In this document: positions 13,476 through 25,808 of the stretch, one piece after another
Layout: the number at the start of each line of letters is the position of its first letter
Numbering within the stretch: position 1 is the first letter of the stretch
Origin: Hydrolagus colliei
Taxonomy: Eukaryota
DNA length: 64,000 bases
Assembly (NCBI GenBank): GCA_035084275.1
Contig: CM068745.1
Coordinates: 50,158,001 to 50,222,000 of the forward strand
Reading direction: 5' to 3'
Notes under the pieces: generated by a model
The model's database searches: none
Seen by the model: the letters and a program-made list of their open reading frames with translations, nothing else
What the model was told of the DNA's origin: nothing
Made by a program: the position numbers and the translations under genes

Positions 13476-16043
13476 TGTTATCCTTTGGCAGGCCAATTCT
13501 CTTATGGTGTTATTACCAATTTACCAATTGCTCAGTGAGCAATGAGAAGCATACATTTAATATTTCAAAAAAATAAAAAATAAAGAGGGGCATGAGAATT
13601 ATTTTTAAAAGCACACAGAGGGACATTAGAACATGGAATGCTGTTCCAAAATTGGAAGGTGAATATGTTAAAAGAGAATTAAGACAAATATTTGACTATG
13701 AAAATCTAAAAGACTCTGGGGATGAAGGGCCAAATGACTTCCTGTGATGTAAAATTCTATATTTGAAATTCTTAGCAATTCCACCTTTTAGTTTAGCCTG
13801 AAATGAGCCTTTGCTAGTGTATTTTTCCCAAACAATAATTATTTAACTAATAGCAGGAGAGGCCGAGGACTGAGCTTGAAATATTGCCGCAAAGTGTCCT
13901 GTCTCATTTGCACTAATGGTCGACAGGTGTGAGCTGCCACGAGTGGGCCCATCGTGTAGACCCAGCAAACGGAGGAAAACAGTCCAGTGGGAGTAGTTAG
14001 GGAAGCCGTATATAGAAAACAACATCAAAGCTGCTTTACTGGTGCCTATATAGGGAGGGGGCCACCAACCAGAAGAGCACAGCCACTTCCACTACCTGCA
14101 TCAAGACGCCTTAGCTTCATATTAGCATCAGAAGCGGCGTCACTGTCAGAGGCACGGACTAAAACTACCATCTCACACTGGTGCCTGTGACCACAAGCGC
14201 CTTGTTTATGTTGCTGGGCTGCAGACATGCATCAGAACTGATGCTTGAAATCCAAGCCTGAGATGTTTATGTTGGCACCAGTTTGGAATGCATTAGTCAA
14301 TCCAAATATACTTAGTTTTCAAGGTCAGATATTAGCCAACTTCACTATCCTCTCATTGTAAACATTGTTGTCTACAAATATGGTCACTACGCTTTACCAA
14401 AAACTCAGTGAAGCACTTTCAGACCTTTTAAAATATGGCACTGTATCAAAGCAAGGATTATGCTTATTAACCTTGTATGCTATCAGATTGAATGTTCTAT
14501 AATCATTCCAGACAGAGTTCTTGCTAATTGATAGAATTCTTGATACAGGTATTTATACTGGTGTAGCAAATCTTGTGCTCCAATTGGGCTTAATTACCCC
14601 TTGGTAAGAATCGTAGAAACATAGATGGACTGAACGTCAGGTTTTAGTGTCACTAGCTTGGCATAACAACAATAACAACTTCGATTTATATAGCGCCCTC
14701 CACGCCGGATGGTGTCTCAGATACCTTGATGTTGGAGTAAACATATACATGGAGCAAAACTACACCAAAACAGATGATTGAGTTGTTACTCCTTCTTATA
14801 TAATAAAGGGTGTGTCCAGGAATGCATCATATTCACTGGTTTACATTTTCCCACTAGCAACCAACTGCGATTTGTCCTGATTGATGCACAACTGACGTGT
14901 GGCGATGCATGGAATAATATAATACATGTTACAACAATGTTAGTGCCAATCAACATGCCCAAAGTAACATAAATCTGACTTCAGTGTGGATATCTCTCAG
15001 TATTTTAAACTACAAATAACTCCACAAATGTCAACAAATGGGGAAAAAAAATTCAAACCTGTAAAATGACTTTTACTGTATACATTAATGGAATATATGT
15101 TTCGATGTCAGCTTGGCTCAGTTGCTAGCACTCTTGCCTCTGAGTCAAAAGGTTGTAGTTTGAAGCTCCACATCAGGACTCTGATTTTACAGCATAGGCT
15201 GACACTGTAAGTTTTTGGAATTTCACCAAAAGCTAGGTTTAATTTTCAGTTTGTTTTTGGGGCATTCACCATATTTATAAAGTTAAATGAGTGCTAAAGT
15301 ATTGCATGTATTCAGTGTTTATTTGCTACCTGATTACTGTTTTTATGTTTACAGAATCTTCAGTTAAAAGCTCTACAATTCTCTGATCTGTTGATTCAGT
15401 GAAAATCTGGTAGGTTTTCAAGAGGTATTTGAAAATAGAGAGGAAAGGAGTGAGTTAGAGAGATTTAAGGAGAGAGTTTCAAACACTGGGTATAAAATGG
15501 TTAAGGCTCACCACCCATGATGGGGAGGAGCGGTCAAAAGTATGAAGCAGGCCGGAGATGGCAGAAAGAGAGGAATAGAATAGAATCAGAGGGTTCACTG
15601 AATGAGTGTAGTTACTGTGCTTAAGAGAATCTAAACCAAACTGAGAGTTCTATGCATCCCACCTATGCATGGAAATTCATAAGAAATGTATTGGGAGGTA
15701 ATGTTATTTTGCCATCCTTCAGATTAGATATTAAACCAAAGTCCCATCTGCCTGCTCAGGTGAATGATCAAGATCCTATGGCGCAATTCAAATGTAGAAG
15801 GGATTTTCTCCAAGTGTTCTGGCCAACAGTACCTCAAGTGAAAAAATCATTCAATTCATGGTTTGAACACTGCTGCTTCATTGCAAATTGGCTGTCGTGT
15901 TCACCTACAAAATACACAATCACTACAATTTACAATAAAGTACTGTGAATCACTTTTAGATGTTCCAATGACATGATGAGGGTTATATTAATTCTATTAC
16001 TATAATATTGGTAATTAGTGGTTTGTAAAATGTATCATCATCA

Positions 16044-16315
16044 TGTGGAGTCCTGTAGCTCAGAGAACTTGCCTCACAAATAAGAGAGCTAGGTTTGATT
16101 CCCAGCAGGGCAAAACTTTCTGCAAGGTTCCTTACTCCACACGCCTCTGTTTACCTTTCAGTAAGTTGCTAATTTACACTGCTATGTGCAATTGGCTGCC
16201 ACGTTTCGCTTACAAAAAATATATAGAGTCAATTCACTTTACAGTATATTCGGTGAAACTCTTTCTGATGTCTCAAAGACATGAAAAGGCCCTATATCAA
16301 ATGCAAAGATTAATA
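16044..16315 (+). mobile_element. tRNA-derived SINE copy
   Basis: tgtggagtcctgtagctcag head; tail gtcaattcactttacagtatatt...tatatcaaatgcaa. Confidence 0.85.
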
Positions 16316-16626
16316 CATTGTGGCAGGTTCAAAACAGTGACTTGTTTACACTAAATCATCAGGTGCTGATCTACTGGAGCATGGATTATTTGCATTTATT
16401 CCACAGGTTACTTGGAGAACAGTTTATGTACTGCAATTTAATCCATCACTTAGCACTCTGATTTAACTCCACGTTTATAAGCAGTAAACTCTCATGGATA
16501 ATTTTGCCAATATTTTTATAGATAGTTCTTTTGCTAAATACAGTATTTCCAATCTTTGAAGTATTTATATGATCGATCACAATCGGGAGTTGACCTAGTT
16601 AACCAATAGTATGTTTATGGACCATC

Positions 16627-16926
16627 ATAATAACAATAATCCTTGCATTTGATTTAGCATTTTTCACATTTTCTAGACATCTCAAAGCACTTCACAGGAT
16701 ATATTGTAAAGTGAATTGATTATATTTGTCTGTGAAACATGGCAGCTAATTCCATACAGCAGTGTCCCATAAACAGTTGTGGATTGAAGTGACCAATTTA
16801 TTTATTTTTTATGTTGAGGGATTATTATCAGACGTGTGGAGTAAGGAAACTTGGCCAAGACCTGGAATTGCACTCAGATCTCTTGCTTGCAAGGCAAGTG
16901 CTCTAACCACTAAGCTACAGGACTCC
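16627..16926 (-). mobile_element. tRNA-derived SINE copy
   Basis: Reverse complement of the same consensus, from (taa)n tail to gctacaggactcca. Confidence 0.85.
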
Positions 16927-19900
16927 AAGAAAGTCAAGAACGAACCATTGACTAGTCTGATGCAAGTGCAGAGTTTAACTGAAACCGATCGGTAGTTACA
17001 TCATAATAAATCACCATAATAATTTGCCATCATATATACAGTCAATTCAGTTTACAGTATATTTTATGAAGTGCTTTGAGACATCTAGAAGACATGAAAA
17101 GCGCTACATCACGTGGAAAGATTATCAATATTATCAAATCTTTCTATCTGTGTTCCAAGCTGTGGAGTTTCAGCATTATGCCATCCTCTGGAGTGCACTA
17201 ACCAAAGGGTGTGTAGAAATAAAACAATACAATCAAAGAAACAATGTAAAAACTTATCCTTAAGAGTGAAAGAAGGCAGTCCACCCTTCCAACTCCTGCA
17301 GATAGCCAACTGGCTAGGAGTTCAGCAGGACCCTGGAGTCCTGCAGACCAGCATGGCTCAGGAATTGGACTATTGAGTCCACCACAGAGATTTAGCTAGA
17401 TTCTGACATTCCATTGCCAAACAAATCACCTTGGAGTCAATTCAGTTCCAATGAGACTCTGCTTATCTCCCCCAAGGAGGATTGTCACTAATTTTGTAAT
17501 ATAAATTTACTGTTACATGTTTCTTATTAAGGTTAGATCATATGTATATACATTTTTGTTTGTAATCTAAGATAACATTTTGTGTTATATAAAGCTTTTA
17601 CATCAATTTGGGTTACAAGGTTTTTGTCCTAAGGCATCAAAGACTATTTTTTCTAAATATTGTTTGAACCTTGAAAGATTTATGACTGCAGATACAGGGT
17701 GCATTTCAGCTTGAGTGTCACGCTGGAAAGGATGTTACAGCTTTAAATTTTGTTTGAACCTTTTGTTCCTATTGTATGTCAGGGGAAAAAAAAGATAGAT
17801 GCCTTTGACATTGCATATAATCTAGTCCAGCAGGTCTGGAAAATCTATTTGTTAACCACAGAAACAAAATGCTCTTCTTTAATTGTTAAAGTAAATCATT
17901 ATTTTAAACTTTTTTTAACATTTTTGTGAAGTTCTTTTATGTGCATGGTTTAAAATGTTAATTAATTTGCTATAAAATGTATGGAACATTTTATCCTATA
18001 TCTGAAATATGTATATTACATTATTGGACTTGCTGAGATGGATCAGAGGATTCAGGATTGAATGTACACATTAAGGACCAAAACGTTGTTTTTTTTTGCA
18101 TTCCACCTAAGATCCCAAAACTTTCTCTTAGTGAATGTTTTTATAACAGATCCAGTTGAATGATTGCAGTGAGGTAAGTAATTTGTGAAGTTTTCGTTTT
18201 TTTTAAAAAAAAGGGAACTCTTTCATCCACCAGGTTATTTTGCTGCAGAGTTGGCTCTTTTTGGCATTTTTTCTACCTTTGAAAACAGTGAGAGCTTGAC
18301 TGCACGATTGACAGTCATCTTGCCTGAGGTGAGGTGCATTTTTCCAACCCTCTCATACTCTCAAGGTTTGCCAACGGAAACACGTTTGGGGATGTTGATG
18401 GAGCAGGTTGTGTGGATGTGATGCTTCATTTATGCTTCAATTATGCAGTTCCAACAGTTGTAGAAACTGTCCAGGTATATTGCAAATTGGTTTTGACTGC
18501 AGAAGTCAACAACAACTTGCGCTTATATAGTGCCCATCATGCAGGGTAGCATTCCAAAGTGCTTAATCCACGTTAAAGTATCTCTCTGATTGCTTTGCAG
18601 ATTATTCCAAACAGTCCTAGAATCCAGTCAGTGTATATTAAAATAGTAATAATCCTTGCATTTGATATAACAAAATGTTCCAAGGAAATAATCATACTCC
18701 AAAATCTACTGTAGTTATAATGTCCAGCATAATTTAGAGTCTTCTAACTAGAATTGAGTGACTTACACATTACAGTTTTATAACTACTGTACATTGTAAA
18801 CTTGTACATTGGAAATGAGATTGGTTGTAAGAGGGGTTGCAGACATCATCAGTGTCTGAAAGCATTCAGAGCTATTCTTAGTAGTGTTGTCTGAGATTCT
18901 CCTCTTGATAAACTGATTTGTGAATCAAATCTGCCTGTGTGTGCCAGTGTCTGGCTCAGGTAGTCCACAGTTACAATATTAAAGCTGGAGTCCAGTTACC
19001 GACAGAAAATTGACAAAACTGCAAACCTGCACAAAAGGTTAAGCACTCTGAGACACTATCCGATGTGAAGGGTGCAAACTGTTGTTGTTGCATTTTAGGT
19101 GTGATGTCAGAAAAAAAATTGCACTGGAGCAATTATGCATAAGAAGTGTACATAATCGTACATTTCAGGACTAGAGTTGTCTTTCATTGTGGTTTTACAA
19201 ACCAAAATATTTTCAAAATAATGTAATTTTACATACGGTGTATTTGACATTAATGAAACCATGACCTTTTAAAAGGCCATATTGATTATATAGAAGATTT
19301 TTTAAACCATAATTGTTCTTTGAATCTATTCTGCAGAATAGTAGTTTTATACATCTTATAGAACAAACAATTGTGTTTTATACCTTAACCCAAACATTGT
19401 AATACAGCTATTTCTTTTGATGTGACCTGTAATACTGGATGATATAAACATTGATTTAAAATGAAGTTTAATAGTGTCCATAGTGTCCATAGTGTCCACG
19501 CCTTGGGACGTCCTCCTGACCTGAAAGTCTCTATACAAATGTAATTTTGTTGTAGATATGCAGAAGGTGAAATACACAGTTGGGACTGAAATTCTGACAT
19601 TTAGTAAACATTGATTGCGATTGTTAGACTGGTCCGTTCACAATGAAATAAAAGTCCCCCCCACCCACCCTCCCCCAACCCCCACCCCTCAACACACACC
19701 TTATTTATTTCCTTTACGTTATTTACAATAATGATTTTTCTAAAAAGTTTTTTTAATCAAACGACTGTTGTGAGTTTGGCAAATTAATGTCAAATAGATT
19801 GGTATTTCACTGATTGATTTGATCATGTCTGTATTTTGGTGAATAAACATAAAATCCTTTTAATCTAGCTAGATGACTTTAGAACGCCTCTTTTATATGT

Positions 19901-21305
19901 AGGAAAATATATTGACTCTTTCATTCCTTTATTGGTTTACAGAAATACCAAAAGGTTTCCCCAATTATTGCCCCTTTTTTCCTATGTTCTAAAGTAAGTA
20001 CATCAAGCCGGAGTATGATTCCACTTGTTTCATGAGTACCATCTCCTAGTAATTCTCCAAGAGATCATTTTTCACATTTCTGCCTCGACACTGAGTCCTG
20101 GTGGGCATATCAATGCCATGCCTAATCATGTTTTCACCTAATGTACACTTCCAAATTCAGCATAGGGTGCTGGATAACCATTATTAGCAAATCAAGACTT
20201 CCCCCTCCCACACACAACTCCACAGTAAGGGGGCGCTAAGATCAATTAAAATGCTTGATTCACTCCTCACCTGATATCAGTGAACTCATCAAACCTGATC
20301 TATGTGCCTCAAATCCACACCAATCTATCCATCGAGCCATTGGTGGTGCAGTTTTTTTTAAAAGGCATGTCATTGACCCTCCCACCACCACCACCCGATT
20401 TTCATCTGCCTGTTTGGGTGGGTGTTAAGGATTTCACAGTGCTTTTTGAAGAGAGAAGTGAGTTTCTCCTGAATACTGTGTGTCCAGTGACCTTGGGATT
20501 GTCCCCCCAACATGAAAGGTGCTATACAAATGTGATTTTGTTGTTCTCCCAGTTCTCACTTGACTATTTGTGGAATATTGTTGTATTCAATATTCAAATT
20601 AGCTGCCGAGTTCACCTACAAATACATAGGCACTACACATCACAGTAAAATCATGTGATGTACTTGGGGTCAACTTCATGATTTGATAAGGTGTTATGTC
20701 AAATGTAAGTATTCTCATTTGCATAAAAGCCACGTCACAAAGATTCCAGGTAATCTGAAGTTTTAGCGGAAAGGCAAAACTACACACATGACGTTAATAC
20801 AAGTTAAATCTAAATTAGCATTTAAATTTTGTAGCACAATTATAAACAACACAATCAAACCAAGATTGGTCGTAATTTAAAATGAAAATAATTTTATTTT
20901 CTGATTATTAGCACATATGAAATTGATTTAACCACTCCAATAACATATTTCATCAGGTGACATGTATGAGATATGCAGCAAAATGGTTGAAATAAACTTT
21001 GAATAATCTGGTGTATCAATTGGGGGAGGGGAAATCCGTAAATAAAACGTTTTAAATTGTGGTATCACAGTGAGTTCATGTCTCAAAAATTAGACGGCAG
21101 CAGTTTTCATTCACGGGGTGGTCTTTTATTATCAAATCAGTCCATTTGAAGTTGAAATCAACAATTTAGAGCTGAGACACTAAATGAAGTACGAACCTAT
21201 TTAAGATTTAAAACTATTCTCACCTTTCATTGATACATAATTACAGTGTTGGGGGAAAGAGGAATCCAAAAGAGTTCAGAGACAGCAATTTTTGTAAGCA
21301 ACTAT

Positions 21306-21587
21306 AATAATGCTTACATTTGATATAGTACGTTTCACGTCGTCTAGATGCCTCAAAGCACTTCACAGAATACAATGTAAAGTGAATTTACTTGAAAAGT
21401 AGCAGGCAATTGTACACAGCAGTGTCACACAAACAGTCATGGATTGAAGAGACCAATTTTATTTTTTTCTTGACACATTATTATCGGGCGTAAGGAAACT
21501 TTCCCAAAGTTTGCACTGCTGGGAATCGAACCCAGGTTTCCCGCTTGTGAGGTGAGTGCTCTAACCACTGAGTTACACAACTCCACA
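21306..21587 (-). mobile_element. tRNA-derived SINE copy
   Basis: Same consensus; B box ggttcgattccc retained on the - strand. Confidence 0.85.
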
Positions 21588-22126
21588 AAAGTTAACTGTT
21601 GCTGAATAAGAGACAAAATTCCAGAGGATTAGGATAACTAATTGGTTTGACGTGATTTTGACATAAATAATAGGATATGTCATGGTTAACAGAGTCATGT
21701 GATAAATATCTCCACACATGAGGGTAACTCATGAATGATGAATTTGTGACTAAGTTGGTAGTCAACCTTCAGAGTAAAAATGTCTCTAATAATTCATTAC
21801 TGACCATGGCATGTTTGATTGCTAACATATTTGTAGCTTACTTTTAACTGAACTATAATTAAATGTTGGTGAGGGTTTTGTGTAATCGAAAATCAGCTGA
21901 ACTTTAGAATAAATTTAATGATAAAGCTAAACTTTGTTGTGAACTCACGTTATCATTATGGTGCCCTACAGTATTGCCATCAGTGTTGCTAGGAACACAT
22001 AAATTGTATATTTATATATATTGCATACAGTATTTACAATTCAAAGCAAAATTTAACTTCATTTTTCCACTAATGTACACCAATTCAAAAAAGTTGCTGT
22101 TCTGATAATAGTGTCCTGTATACTGA

Positions 22127-23118
22127 CTGTATGACCTATGGTTAATTTCTTAAGATTAAAAAGTTAACAAGTATCAAGAAACATAGAACTTTTTTTGGAG
22201 GATAAGAATAACTGAGCAATTGTTAATTGTGTGTGGGGCAGCTCGATCTATCTCAGGGAAGGAAACTGACCTTGTTGGCTCATCCCATAACAAGTGCACC
22301 CACTATTGGTTGACAGTGAAATAGCATTAGAAGCTATGGAGAAGGTTACTGCATACCAATGGCCCTGCAACAAACCAAACGTTTGTCGTGTTCTGACAAG
22401 CCAACGCTGGGAGAGAAAGAACAGATCAGGTTAATGGGGATACACTTCCACTTCTCATTTTTTTCCCCCCATTTTCTCATGTTGGCTTCCTCTCCAGAAC
22501 TGCCTGTGCCTTTGCAGCATTTTGGTCCTTGTGCAGCTTCAGCCCTCAAACATGTGGGGAATGTTTTCATTTACAAAACAAGACATTAAGCATTGTCGGA
22601 CTATTCAGCTATGTGTGGTGCATGTGCTTGCGGAGGTTACAACCTAAGTCCATCTTCTCCTCAAAAATATCATGCACATGTTTCGGCATTTTTATGTTTG
22701 GCTGAGGGGCTGACATATGCAGAACCCCTACCCCATGCTTAAGAGTAAGAGTAACCAGACTGAGACTCCATGCTAGCTCAGTAACATTGGCCAAAGAGAT
22801 ATAGCCTTCAACCGTATCCCTCAATTTAATTTGTTTCATTCTACAGAAGTGAAGCACTGAACCTATAAACATTTTGTCCTGTATAGTAGTGGAAAACACC
22901 ATACAATTGGGTGACATTTGGAGAGTTTCAGAGCACTTTCAATATAATTAAAAACATGAAACTAATTTTACCCCAATTGATTTACAAATCACAGATTATG
23001 CTGCCCCACACACAATTAATTAATAATTGCTCATTTATTCTTATCCTCCAAAAAAGTCCTGTGTTTCTTGATACTTGTTAACTTTTCATTCTCAATAAAT
23101 TAACCATTGGGCATACTG
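22127..23118. mobile_element. Putative non-autonomous DNA transposon/MITE with ~115-bp imperfect terminal inverted repeats
   Basis: 22127-22242 (...aagttaacaagtatcaagaaaca...ttggaggataagaataa...tgtgtgtggggcagc) is the reverse complement of 23000-23118. No internal ORF of note. Confidence 0.65.
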
Positions 23119-24839
23119 AGTCGAGCAACTGGTTTTATTGGTCAGATCCTTTGCGGCATTTTGGCAGTATTATGCTTTGTTTTATTTATTATGTTCCACT
23201 GGTATTCAATGGATATGTAGTGCAGCAATAAGTGCAGAAGTGACATAATTTTGGTGGTGGGTTAATGCAAATGTAATGTACAAACCACATGGTACTGTTT
23301 GACATCAAATGCCTTGTTTCCACAATATGCCATTGCTTCTCCCTCCTTTAGCAGATTTGCTGAAATTTAAACCACACACAATACATAATAATAGAATATA
23401 GTAGTCAAATTGATAGATATGCATGATGCTGTAGGGTGCAAGTACAAAAACTCAGGTAGGGCCTGTTGTGTGCAAAAGGGTTGCTGCATTTGTCTATAAG
23501 AAATAATCACTACAATTCTGTGTTTATTGTAAGGTGCCTTGAGATGTTTTGTTGTGGTATCAGGCTTTACATTTATCTTCAAATATCCTAGTCACAAGAT
23601 CTTAGAAACCTTCTTTGAAAGTACGCCACAGTCCCAAGGTTGTGAATATGAGTGCTAGGTGACGATGTATGTATTTAGTTGATACATTAAGGGGCATTAA
23701 CATTGACAAATTAGAAAGCACAATGCTATTGTTATGAAAGTGTTGTAAACTTATGGAGCAAAAAAAACCTCACAGGTGATTGCCTGGAAATTTTTAATTT
23801 ACATGCTTTGATTTTTTTTAATTGTTTGGGTGCCTTTCAGCCAAAATCAAATCATTCATTGTGGGATTTGGCCTACATTCTGCCACTGGCTCTTGGTGTT
23901 CAGAAAGTCAGTGTGGAATCACAGAGAAGGTTTCTGTGTGTGTGTGTTTTTTAAAAAAATTCTGCTTTCCAGTGGAACCGTATTGATAGAATTAATAATA
24001 AATAAAATACAAGCTGGATAAGTAGAGACTGGCTTTAGTTAATGAGATCTGTTTTATTGCACATATTGAAGCAGCAGCACACATATTTTACTATTGGCAC
24101 ATGTTAAATATTCTCTCTCTCACACACACACACACTCACTCTCTCTCTCCCCCCCACCTCCCCCACTCTCTGTCTCACTCACTGTAATGAATTTGAGGCC
24201 AGGACCAATGAGCAGAGACCGGATGCAATATATCCTCTGGGACAACAAATGCTCTATTCGATCCCATGCAGATGACGCCATTTACCCATCAGCTACCTCC
24301 GGAAAACTTAATAGCAGCTCAGGCAAAACTGCTCCTTTACAACATTGCAAACTTCACGCCTGTTGGAAAAGGATCGAGAGAGAGAGAGAGAGAGATAGGG
24401 GGGGTGGGGGGAGGGGGGGGGGGAGGGGGAACTGGTGAAGCAACAAACAACGCCTACAGTCGCCTGCCTGCCTGCCTTGGGAAGAGCTATTTGTGAATGA
24501 AACACCAGCGTTGATTTCCTTGTTGTGGTGTGGAGTGGGAGGGGAGGGGGTGGGGAGAGAGAGAGAGAGACACAGAGAGAGAGAGAGAGAGAAGTTGCTG
24601 CACATTGACATTTTTTTGTTTCCCAGACTTGTGTCTCTCAGAGTCTAGAGTCAAGAGAAAAAGAAAGGAGGAAAGACAGTGAGTGAGAGTGAGAGTGTGA
24701 GAGAGAGAGTCCGCCCTCGTGTCTGTCTCTCTCTCTCTCTGTTGGCTTCATTCAGAAAAAAAAAGAGGATTTTTTTTTAAAACAACCCAAAACTTTTTTG
24801 AATTTTTTTTTTTTTTTTTGGAAGAAAATGTTCCCAGAG

Positions 24840-25052
24840 AATTACTGAGTGAAGACTGTGCTGCTGGCTGCTGGAGTGATCGACCCCTGGACAGTTCCTG
24901 TTCTCTCTCTCCCTCTCTCCCTCTCTCTGTGTGTGTGTGTGTCTCTGTCTCTGTGTCTCTCACTGTCTCTGCTGCTGCTGAAGGATTTTGCAGACAGACG
25001 AGGACTGACTGAGTGAGTGGCTGACCTTCGCTGGAGTTTGGATCGAGGTGTT

Positions 25053-25083
<31 letters not shown>

Positions 25084-25229
25084 GATCCGGAGCGGCTCTA
25101 TTTTTCCGTGGTTGTCGTTGCTTTGATCCACACACTTACCCCCCCCCCCCCCCAAAAAAAAAACAACAGCCCACAGGAAAACAAGGAGGAGAGAGTTGAG
25201 AAGGGGTTTGGTGAAGCGCCGCGACCACG
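24840..25229 (+). other. SPRY2: Probable non-coding exon 1 of SPRY2 (5' end uncertain; donor ACG|GTGAGC, GT at 25230-25231)
   Basis: Good 5' splice-site consensus in CpG-containing sequence (gaagcgccgcgaccacg|gtgagc) about 3.8 kb upstream of the acceptor. The TSS cannot be determined from sequence. Confidence 0.5.
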
Positions 25230-25624
25230 GTGAGCAACTAAACAAAACTCTTGTAAAACTTCACTGCAAATGGATGGGAAGCAGAGGGAGGGAGAGGGGG
25301 AGAGGGAGGGAGGGAGGGAGGGAGAGGGCAGTAAAGTCACCGCTGTCTCCAGAGCCCACAGTGCAGGGGGACAGGACAGGACAGACTGATAGGTTTAGCT
25401 CTGGGTTAGACTTTCTCTCTGTAAAGCCCATCTCTCTCTCTCTCTCTCTCTCTTCGGAAACTTCAGCGCCCCCCCCCTCCCCCCCTTCTCCCCCTTTAGC
25501 ACCAGCCCAGGAACCCTGTATGATTTTTCCAGAGAGCTGGTTTGTGAGACATTGAATCCATTGGGATGTGGTTTTTTTTGCACTGTCGAGTGTTGAGTTG
25601 AGCAGAGTCCAGCTCCGCGCCATT

Positions 25625-25808
25625 GGAGTGGGGAGGGGGTATATGGGGAGGGGGTATATCGGGGGTGGGGACGGGGTATATCGGGAGTGGGGAGGGGGTA
25701 TATCGGGAGTGGGGAGGGCGTATATCGGGAGTGGGGAGGGGGTATATCGGGGGTGGGGAGGGGGTATATCGGGAGTGGGGAGGGGGTATATGGGGGGGGG
25801 GGGGGGGG
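25625..25808 (+). repeat. 22-bp G-rich minisatellite (GGGAGTGGGGAGGGGGTATATC) x ~7-8, followed by G17
   Basis: Units read directly at 25661, 25683, 25705, 25727, 25749 and 25771, plus two partial units before. Confidence 0.95.

Noticed and set aside
25625-25791. CRISPR-like appearance of regular repeats
   Set aside because: Head-to-tail tandem units with no unique spacers, no cas genes, and a vertebrate context.
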